Assembly: GCA_964490075.1 (NCBI GenBank)
Contig: CAZBBK010000006.1
Coordinates: forward strand, 1 to 64,000
DNA from: an uncultured Gemmatimonadota bacterium
GTDB taxonomy: Bacteria; GCA-2686955
DNA: 64,000 nucleotides
Direction: 5' to 3'
Shown here piece by piece: positions 56,931 to 64,000 of this stretch (position 1 is its first letter; the number at the start of each line of letters is the position of its first letter). Both the position numbers and the translations under genes were made by a program. The notes below the pieces were generated by a model. That model searched no databases. It was not told the DNA's origin and was given only the letters and a program-made list of their open reading frames with translations.

Positions 56931-57052
56931 CTCGATCCTCCGCGAGCGGATCGCGCATGTCGCTGCACACATCGGATCCGCACACTCGCCGGGCCGCATT
57001 GCCCACCCTACCAGCCGAGCAGACGGGTCTCATCCGCGTCGCCCGGTTCCGA

Positions 57053-58645
57053 TCAGTCGGTTCGAGAATAGACCTGTTGTCCGTCGACGAAGGTCTGGTC
57101 GACCCGCATGTGCCGCAGGGCGGTGGCATTTCGATCGAGCACCTCCCAAGGGTCGCGCTCCAGGATCACCAGATCGGCGAAGTGTCCCGGCTCCAAGACG
57201 CCGCAGGGGAAAGCGTAGCCATGGATCGACGCGGGTCGTGAGGTGTGGGCCGCCAGGGCATCGGTCAACGTGATCCTCTCTTCGGCGATCCAAGGAGACA
57301 CCCCTTGGGACTCCATACGGGTCACCGCCGCCTCGATCCCTCGCCACGGATCGGCGCCCTCGACCGGGGCGTCGGAACCGAACACCACGAGCGAGCCGCG
57401 CTCCTGCAGAGTGGAAAAAGGGTAGGCCCAACGCCGGGCGGTGGGGTTCGGCAGGTTGCGCTCGACGATTTCGCGGTCGGTCCACATATGAGAGGGCTGT
57501 CCGCTGAAGACCACGGGGCGCAGGTCGTGGCGCGCCAGGATCCGTTCCGAGAGCAGTTGCGCGTGCTCCAGGCGGTGGCGACGGCCGGCGCTCCGCGGCC
57601 GCTGCTCCAGGCAACGCAGCGCCTGCTCCACGGCGCGGTCGCCGATCGCGTGCAACACAGCCGGCACCCGCGCGGCGGCGCAGGCGTCGAGCCATTCGAG
57701 GAGCTCCGCGTCGCCCATGTTCAGAATCCCCCGATCGGTGGTTCCCGCGTAGGGATGGCTCACGGCGGCGGTGAGCGATCCGAAGGAGCCGTCGAGGAAG
57801 ATCTTCGCTCCGGCGGGACTCAGCCAGCACGGGACGCCGGAGCGGAACAGATCCGCGGTGGCCCTCAGCTCCGCCGGCTCGCCGAAGACCAGGTTGCAGA
57901 GCACGCGCACCCGGTCGTGCGCGTTCCTCTGATAGCGCCGTACGAGCTCGAAGTCGGCGCGCGTCTCCTGGGTGTGCAGCGCCGTGATTCCACAGCTCCA
58001 CAGGTGGCGCACGAAGGGGGGCAAGAGACGCTCCTTGTCGGCGTCCGAGGCGGCGGGAACCAACATCTCGCGCAGCTCGAAGATCTCCTCGAACACCAGT
58101 CCGGTGAGCCGCCCGTCCATGCGCTCGACCACACTCTTGGCGGGAAGCCGCGGCAACGCCTGAAGGCGTTCGAGCCCCAGGGTATTCAGCCAGGCGGAGT
58201 GCCAGTCCTTGCTGACCAGGAACACCGGATGGGCGCTGCAGCCGGCATCGAGGACCGCGGGGGAGGCGGAGTGCTCGGCCAGCAAGACCGAGCGTTCCCA
58301 ACCGTGGCCGGTGATCCAGCCCCCCGGGGAGCGGGCGGCCGCGTGCTCGGCGACGACCTCGGTGAGGCGGCGTGTCGTGGTCACGTCCCGCAGGTCGAGG
58401 GCCGCGCGCTGCAGCGCCGCCAGCACCAGGTGGACGTGGCTGTCGCAGAATCCCGGCAGCAGAGGGCGGCCGTCCAGCTCCACGATTTCGGCGCCGCGTG
58501 CCCGCGCGGGATCGAGCGCCTCCTCCGGTCCCACGTAGTCGATCGACCGTCCCCTGCAGAGCAACACGCCGCGCCGCAAGGGCGGGCCCTTCATCGGGCG
58601 GATGGGACCGCCGCGGAACAGGGTGCGGGGGCCGGCGCGGGTCAT
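57053..58645 (-). CDS. Amidohydrolase family 3 (YtcJ-like)
   Basis: [34 protein letters not shown]. Confidence 0.88.
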   Translation of the reverse strand: MTRAGPRTLFRGGPIRPMKGPPLRRGVLLCRGRSIDYVGPEEALDPARARGAEIVELDGRPLLPGFCDSHVHLVLAALQRAALDLRDVTTTRRLTEVVAEHAAARSPGGWITGHGWERSVLLAEHSASPAVLDAGCSAHPVFLVSKDWHSAWLNTLGLERLQALPRLPAKSVVERMDGRLTGLVFEEIFELREMLVPAASDADKERLLPPFVRHLWSCGITALHTQETRADFELVRRYQRNAHDRVRVLCNLVFGEPAELRATADLFRSGVPCWLSPAGAKIFLDGSFGSLTAAVSHPYAGTTDRGILNMGDAELLEWLDACAAARVPAVLHAIGDRAVEQALRCLEQRPRSAGRRHRLEHAQLLSERILARHDLRPVVFSGQPSHMWTDREIVERNLPNPTARRWAYPFSTLQERGSLVVFGSDAPVEGADPWRGIEAAVTRMESQGVSPWIAEERITLTDALAAHTSRPASIHGYAFPCGVLEPGHFADLVILERDPWEVLDRNATALRHMRVDQTFVDGQQVYSRTD

Positions 58646-58658
58646 TGCGTTTCGGAGC

Positions 58659-59729
58659 TCACAAGGTGTCGTGAAAGGCCTCGGTCACGTACCAATTAGA
58701 CGGCTCCTGGACGACGCGCTCCGGCACCTTGTCGGGTTCGAAGACGGTGAAGACGAGTGGCCGCTCCTTTCCTTCCCAGTAGAAGCCGGCGGCGAGCAAG
58801 GCTTGCAGATGGGGCTCCGTCGCCGCAAGACTGATCTCGAGCCACGGCGCACGCCCGGAGGCCCAGCGCATGATCCCGCGCGCCATCGCCGCCAGGTCGA
58901 TCGGCTCGCTGGAGCCCCACAGGTCGACGATCACCCAGGTTCCGTCCCCGGGTGGGGGATGGCGAATCACCGCGTAGCGCAGGATTTCGCCGCCGGTGAC
59001 CAGCGCCAGCCGGGTGTAGGTCCGCCGCGGGGCCTCGTCGAAGCGCCAGCGCAGCCAGTCGAGCGACCGCTCCTCGGTGCATCGGTAGTCGTCGCGGTAG
59101 CGCTCCCAGAGCGGCGCGAAACGGCTGTCGAAGCGATCCAGCGTCTCGATCCGTGCTCGCCGTGGATGGCGCATCGGGGTGCGCCAGCGACCCAGCGCAT
59201 GCAGACGGTGGCGCGGGAAGCTCGCCAAGTTGGCCCGCAGTACCTTCATCGTCGTCAGGCGCCGGTAGCCGAGCAGGCGCCGGCCGATGCGGTAGGCCTC
59301 CTCGGTCGGGGCGCCGATCCCCCAGGTCACGTCGACCAGCTTGGCCCAGCGGCGCTGGTTCTCGAAGAGCCACCACTGCAGGCGCCCGCCCCGATGCGCC
59401 TCATCGATCATGTTGTCGACCGGCACCCCCGTGCGGACGATTTTGCGGCCGACCTGAAAGCGGCGGATCAGGCTTCCGTAGTGGCCGACCAGTAGCCCCT
59501 CGCCATCGACGGCGACGCTCGAGGCACGGCACCCCAGGTGGCTCCCCTGGAACATCCAGCGCAGCTCCGCCAGCCACTCGCTCCGGGTCCCCGGCCGGGA
59601 TTCGGCGAAGACCCGCTCAGCCAAGGAGGCCACCGCCGGCAGGTCCTCGGGCTGGGAAGGGCGAATCGTCAGATCGCCGAACCTCTCCCGCAGGGCCGGA
59701 TCGGCGTGGTGCCCGAACTCAATTCGCAT
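58659..59729 (-). CDS. Tandem-GNAT family N-acetyltransferase
   Basis: IDEAHRGG acetyl-CoA motif; RSLDWLRWRF second domain. Confidence 0.72.
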   Translation of the reverse strand: MRIEFGHHADPALRERFGDLTIRPSQPEDLPAVASLAERVFAESRPGTRSEWLAELRWMFQGSHLGCRASSVAVDGEGLLVGHYGSLIRRFQVGRKIVRTGVPVDNMIDEAHRGGRLQWWLFENQRRWAKLVDVTWGIGAPTEEAYRIGRRLLGYRRLTTMKVLRANLASFPRHRLHALGRWRTPMRHPRRARIETLDRFDSRFAPLWERYRDDYRCTEERSLDWLRWRFDEAPRRTYTRLALVTGGEILRYAVIRHPPPGDGTWVIVDLWGSSEPIDLAAMARGIMRWASGRAPWLEISLAATEPHLQALLAAGFYWEGKERPLVFTVFEPDKVPERVVQEPSNWYVTEAFHDTL

Positions 59730-59931
59730 GGCCGAGACGGCGCGCCCGGAGAGAGCGCGAGGGAGATGTGACGGGGGAGGGGGCTGCGGTCATGGTTGCT
59801 ACGAGTCCGATGCCTGGTGCGGGGGGGCACGCCCCTCCAACTCCCAGCTTGGGGGAACAACTGGTGGGTGTCTAGCCCCCTTCGTGGGGATTGCTCCGGA
59901 GCCGAGCTGGCGCGCGCCTTATTCTGCATGC

Positions 59932-60960
59932 ATGAATGAAACGCTGCTGTTGACCCACGACGCATTCCTGCTGCACGACACCGGCTACGGTCACCCGGAG
60001 CGCAGCGACCGGCTGCGGGCGATCTGGGAGCTGCTCGACAAGGAGCCGGTGGCGGGGACGCGAGTCGAGTCCGCGGAACCGGCGTCGCTGGAAGCGGTCG
60101 CCCGCGTCCACAGCGCGGCTCATATCGAAGCGATGAACGCGCTGCGCGGGCGCCGCGCCAGCATCGGCGCGGAGACCATCGTCTCGCCCGGATCGATCGA
60201 TGCGGCCTGGCTGGCGGCGGGGGCGGGAATCGAGGCGGTCGATGCGGTGTGCCGCGGGGACGCGACAAGCTGCTTCGCGCTGGTACGGCCGGTCGGACAC
60301 CACGCCGAGGCGAGTCGAGCGATGGGTTTCTGCCTGTTCAACAACGTCGCGGTCGCGGCGGCGCACGCACGGGCGGTGCACCATGTTTCTCGGGTATTGA
60401 TCGTCGACTGGGACGTGCACCACGGCAATGGCACCCAACATATGTTCGAATCCGATGCCGGGGTGCTCTTCTTCAGCACCCACCAGTTCCCCTTCTTTCC
60501 GGGGACCGGCGCGGTCGAAGAGGCGGGGACCGGCGAGGGGCGCGGGTTCACGATCAACGTGCCGCTGCCGGCTGGGCGCCGCGACGACGACTACAACGCG
60601 ATCTTCGAGGAGCTCCTGGCGCCGGTCGCGGAGTCGTTTCGGCCGGAGCTGGTGCTGGTGTCGGCCGGATTCGATGCCCATCGAGACGATCCTCTGGGCG
60701 GCATGGCGCTCAGCGATCGAGGTTTCGCGACTCTCTGCGCCACGGCGCGGCGGATCGCCGAGACCCACGCCGGTGGCAAGCTGGTGCTGGTGCTGGAAGG
60801 CGGCTACGACCTCGCGGGGCTGGCGCGCGGCGTGCACGCCTGCGTGCGGGTGCTGACCGGGGACGATCCGGCGGCGGGAGCGGACGGGCCGGGGAAGCGC
60901 GGCGGGGCCGCCCTGAAGCGGGCGCTGGAGGTGCAGAGGGAGTTCTGGGCGCTACCGTGA
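59932..60960 (+). CDS. Histone deacetylase family (class II / acetylpolyamine amidohydrolase-like)
   Basis: HPER..RL, RPVGHH, GFCLFNN, DWDVHHGNGTQ, SAGFDAH, LEGGY. Confidence 0.9.
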   Translation: MNETLLLTHDAFLLHDTGYGHPERSDRLRAIWELLDKEPVAGTRVESAEPASLEAVARVHSAAHIEAMNALRGRRASIGAETIVSPGSIDAAWLAAGAGIEAVDAVCRGDATSCFALVRPVGHHAEASRAMGFCLFNNVAVAAAHARAVHHVSRVLIVDWDVHHGNGTQHMFESDAGVLFFSTHQFPFFPGTGAVEEAGTGEGRGFTINVPLPAGRRDDDYNAIFEELLAPVAESFRPELVLVSAGFDAHRDDPLGGMALSDRGFATLCATARRIAETHAGGKLVLVLEGGYDLAGLARGVHACVRVLTGDDPAAGADGPGKRGGAALKRALEVQREFWALP

Positions 60961-61473
60961 ATCGGCGTCGACGAGATCCTTGACGAACCACCGGTCGCAG
61001 CCGAAGTGGCCGGTGGCGCCCAAGGGCCGGTCGATCGGCCGGAAGCCGACGGAGCGGTAGAGGGACTGAGCCCGATCCATGGCGGCGAGGGTCTCGAGGT
61101 AGCAGAGGGAGAAGCCGGCGGCGGTGGCGCGTTCCAGGATCAGGCGCAGCAGATGGCGGCCGGCACCCAGGCCACGCGTATCGGGCAGCAGGTACATCTT
61201 GCGCAGCTCGCAGACCTCGGCGGCGCCACCCTCGAGTGGCGCGAAGCCTGCACCTCCCACCACGCGCCCGGCGCGGCAGACCACCCAGTAGCCGGCGCGG
61301 GCGGCCGCATAGGCGGCGCTCATGGCGTCGATCTCGGCGTCGTGGAAGGCGAAGCCGGGGCCGTCGGCGCCGTACTCACCGAGCACCCGCCGGATGATGG
61401 CGGCGATGGCGGGATCGTCGCGGGGCTCGATTCGGCGGATCTCGAGCGCGGGGGAGGGTGGGGACGGGGTCAT
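60952..61473 (-). CDS. GNAT N-acetyltransferase (YjgM-like)
   Basis: VCELRKMYLL..TRGLGAG, CYLET, A..LY...GF, GATGHFGCD. Confidence 0.85.
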   Translation of the reverse strand: MTPSPPSPALEIRRIEPRDDPAIAAIIRRVLGEYGADGPGFAFHDAEIDAMSAAYAAARAGYWVVCRAGRVVGGAGFAPLEGGAAEVCELRKMYLLPDTRGLGAGRHLLRLILERATAAGFSLCYLETLAAMDRAQSLYRSVGFRPIDRPLGATGHFGCDRWFVKDLVDADSR

Positions 61474-61659
61474 GCTGCGGCGTAGGGTCTGGTGGGCGGT
61501 GGGGGGTGTCAAGGGTGGGGGTTCCACGCTGGGGTTTCGATATGGCGGTTCGCCACTCGCCCTCTTGCTCGACATAGGACCGGGTTCCACGATCAGAAGA
61601 GCGAGTCATGACGCCCTTTAGAGACACAACTCACCGCTCTCGAACGAGAGTGCGGGGTT

Positions 61660-61932
61660 GTGACGCGGTTGGCGCTGGGGCGGGGTGAGGACGCCGTGGG
61701 CAAGGCATGGCTCGACGTCGTCAACCTGAACGACGCCCACAAGTGGATCAGCGCCAGCGGGGAAAGCACCGAGATCGAGATCCACCCCGAGAGCGAGACC
61801 CCCGATCAGTCGTGGCATCCCGGGATCGGCACCGACACCCATCAGCCGATCACCCGCTGGAGACTGGAGCTGGACGGATCGTACGGCGACGCTTCGATCG
61901 TCCTGGTCCGCATTCCTCATCCCCCCTCCTGA
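61660..61932 (+). CDS. Hypothetical protein or gene remnant
   Basis: 90-aa ORF with coding-like codon bias; no recognisable motif. Confidence 0.35.
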   Translation: MTRLALGRGEDAVGKAWLDVVNLNDAHKWISASGESTEIEIHPESETPDQSWHPGIGTDTHQPITRWRLELDGSYGDASIVLVRIPHPPS

Positions 61933-62047
61933 TCGGAGCCAATCATGCTCCTTCTCCTGCCCCTCGCCAGCGCCGCTCCCCAGTCGATGTGGCCGCTGTG
62001 CGACAATCCGCCCACTCCATTCATCCCATCCAAACCGCTCTCCAACG

Positions 62048-62983
62048 ATGCCCCGGCAACCCACGAAACCCGCCCCGCTGCGCCCCGGCGACACCATCGG
62101 CGTGTTCGCCCCCGCCAGCCCGATCCAGCGACCGATGCTCGACGCGGGCGTGGCGCTGCTCGAGACACGGGGTTTCGCGGTGCGGGTGGCGCGCGGAATC
62201 GACGATCGGCGGCGCTACCTGGCCGGCGATGACGCGGCCCGGGCGGCGGGCTTCGCGGAGCTGGCCGGCGATCCCGAGGTGCGGGTGCTGTGGGGGGCGC
62301 GCGGCGGCTACGGCTGCGGGCGCATCGTCGACCGTCTCGATCTGGGGGCGCTGGCGGGGCGCCCGGTGGTGGGGTCAAGCGACTTGACGGCGATCTCGCT
62401 GGCGCTGAGGCGCCGGGGGTCGACCTTCCTGCACGGCGCCATGGTCGCCTCGGAGCCACCTCTGCAGCGCGCCGGCATCGACCTGGTGCTCGATCTGCTC
62501 ACCGGCACGCGCGGGGCGGGGTTCGAGATCGGCCGCACGACGCTGCGCACGGTGGTCGAGGGCGGGGACGAGGCGGTGGAGGGGGTGCTGGAGGGGGGCT
62601 GTCTGTCGCTGCTGGCGGCCGCCGCCGGGACCCCCGACGCGCTGTTGGCAGCGGGCGCGATCTGCGTCATGGAGGACGTCGGGGAGCGGCCCTTTCGGAT
62701 CGATCGAATGCTGGTCCAGCTGCGGCGGGCGGGCTGCCTGGACGGGGTGCGGGCGGTGGTCTTCGGCGAGATGCCGGGCTGCTCGCAGAATGCCGACCAG
62801 GGCTACGAGCTCGACGAGGTGCTGGCGGACTGCTTGGGTGATCTGGGGGTGCCGATCCTGGCCGGGCTGCCGGTCGGCCACGTCGTCTCGGCGCCGCATT
62901 TCCCGGTCCCGATGGGATTGCGGGCGCGATTGGAGGGCGGCCGTCTGGTGCTCGACGAGGCGCTGGTGGAGGCGAGGACGTGA
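62048..62983 (+). CDS. ldcA: LD-carboxypeptidase (peptidase S66)
   Basis: RGGYG, GSSDLT (catalytic Ser), EDVGE and GH motifs; adjacent to mpl. Confidence 0.88.
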   Translation: MPRQPTKPAPLRPGDTIGVFAPASPIQRPMLDAGVALLETRGFAVRVARGIDDRRRYLAGDDAARAAGFAELAGDPEVRVLWGARGGYGCGRIVDRLDLGALAGRPVVGSSDLTAISLALRRRGSTFLHGAMVASEPPLQRAGIDLVLDLLTGTRGAGFEIGRTTLRTVVEGGDEAVEGVLEGGCLSLLAAAAGTPDALLAAGAICVMEDVGERPFRIDRMLVQLRRAGCLDGVRAVVFGEMPGCSQNADQGYELDEVLADCLGDLGVPILAGLPVGHVVSAPHFPVPMGLRARLEGGRLVLDEALVEART

Positions 62984-62994
62984 AAGGAGTGGGC

Positions 62995-64000
62995 TTGGAG
63001 AGAGGGAGTCGATTCCACCTGCTCGGCATCGGCGGGACCGCCATGGCCTCGCTGGCCGGGCTGCTGCGCCAGCTCGGGCACCAGGTGCAGGGCTCGGACG
63101 GGCCGATCTATCCGCCGATGAGCGACGTGCTGGCGGCGCTCGACGTGAGGGTCTTCGAGGGCTATGACGCGTCCCATCTCGATCCGCCCCCGGACGCGGT
63201 GGTGGTCGGCAACGCCATTCCGCGCGGCAACCCCGAGCTGGAGGCGGCGCTCGAGCGCGACCTTCCCTACTGGTCGATGCCGGCTTTGCTCGCGCAGCTG
63301 GTGCTGTGGAAGCGTACCCGGCTGGTGGTCAGCGGCACGCACGGCAAGACCACGACCACGGCGATGGCCGCCTGGTTGCTGCACCGCGCCGACCCCGAGA
63401 GCGGCTGGCTGGTGGGGGGGCTGCCGCTGGGTCTGCCGGCCAACCACCGCGTGGGTCGGCCGGGGCATCCCTTCGTCATCGAGGGGGACGAATACGACAC
63501 CGCCTACTTCGACAAGGCCGCGAAGTTCTTTCACTACCGTCCCCAGCGCCTGGTGATCAACGCCGTGGAGTTCGACCACGCCGACATCTACAGCGACCTG
63601 GAGACGATCGAGCTGCAGTTTCGGCGCCTGGTGAACACCGTTCCGCGTTCGGGGGTGGTGATCGCCTGCGCCGATGACGCGGGGGCTTTGCGGGTGGTGG
63701 AGGGCTCAGGGGCCGAGGTGCTGAGCTTCGGGGTGGGGCCGCGGGCGACGGGCGCGGCGGAGCCCGACTTCTGGGCTCTGGAGCTGGAAAGCGGCCCGGA
63801 GGGGGTGGAATTCGCGCTTCGGGTGCGGGGCAAGGATCGAGGACGCTGGCGCATCGGCGAGCCGGGGGTCTTCAACGTGCGCAACATGCTGGCCGCCCTG
63901 GCGCTGGTCGAGGGGACCGGGCTCGACTGGGGTGCGACGCGGGCGGCGGTGGCGGAGTATCGCGGGGTGCGGCGGCGGCTGGAGCTGCGCGGCGAGGTGC
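62995..64000 (+). CDS. mpl: Murein peptide ligase Mpl, runs off the window end
   Basis: Absent from the ORF track (no stop in window). HLLGIGGTAM, YPPMS, GNAIPRGNPE, GTHGKTTTT, EGDEYDTAYFDK, EFDHADIY; TTG after AAGGAG (alternative GTG at 62980). Confidence 0.9.
   Translation, partial: MERGSRFHLLGIGGTAMASLAGLLRQLGHQVQGSDGPIYPPMSDVLAALDVRVFEGYDASHLDPPPDAVVVGNAIPRGNPELEAALERDLPYWSMPALLAQLVLWKRTRLVVSGTHGKTTTTAMAAWLLHRADPESGWLVGGLPLGLPANHRVGRPGHPFVIEGDEYDTAYFDKAAKFFHYRPQRLVINAVEFDHADIYSDLETIELQFRRLVNTVPRSGVVIACADDAGALRVVEGSGAEVLSFGVGPRATGAAEPDFWALELESGPEGVEFALRVRGKDRGRWRIGEPGVFNVRNMLAALALVEGTGLDWGATRAAVAEYRGVRRRLELRGEV

Noticed and set aside
59815-59885. Imperfect GC-rich hairpin between GNAT and HDAC
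   Set aside because: Weak, mismatched pairing expected by chance in G/C runs; no second copy found.
1-64000. Apparent abundance of CGATCG/GCGATCGC (HIP1-like) sites
   Set aside because: Could simply reflect ATC/GAT codons in GC-rich DNA; needs an observed/expected count that I cannot run.

Overview
High-GC, gene-dense bacterial window. FlgD/T9SS-like C-terminal domains, PorV-like barrels and a C-terminal SWxxxK tail suggest a diderm of the FCB/candidate-phyla type; this is inference only. The main feature is a translationally coupled 11-gene minus-strand operon at 15932-33646. It encodes a secreted 4xOB-fold protein, two PorV/PorP-like barrels (one fused to a ComEA-type HhH domain), two HhH+beta-barrel outer-membrane proteins, a FadL/PorV-like barrel, a secreted endonuclease I, two channel-less ComEC-type metallo-beta-lactamase lipoproteins, DUF3006 and a 1504-aa lamin-tail/CARDB repeat protein. 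A third ComEC-type MBL lipoprotein, a secreted 5'-nucleotidase and another lamin-tail protein lie 5 kb away, beyond an apparent accessory block. Together these look like a pilus-independent system for capturing and degrading or importing extracellular DNA (a 'DNA utilisation locus'). The rest of the window holds housekeeping genes (xdhC, radC, aminotransferase, serA, trkA/trkH, pyk, pepN-like, ldcA, mpl), a GT4/radical-SAM/GT-C cassette, three paralogous beta-helix proteins and two VapBC modules. There are also two pseudogene graveyards, four sigma54-like promoter motifs and several palindromic elements. No tRNA, rRNA, CRISPR array, transposase or integrase was seen. All calls come from manual motif recognition; no database searches were run.
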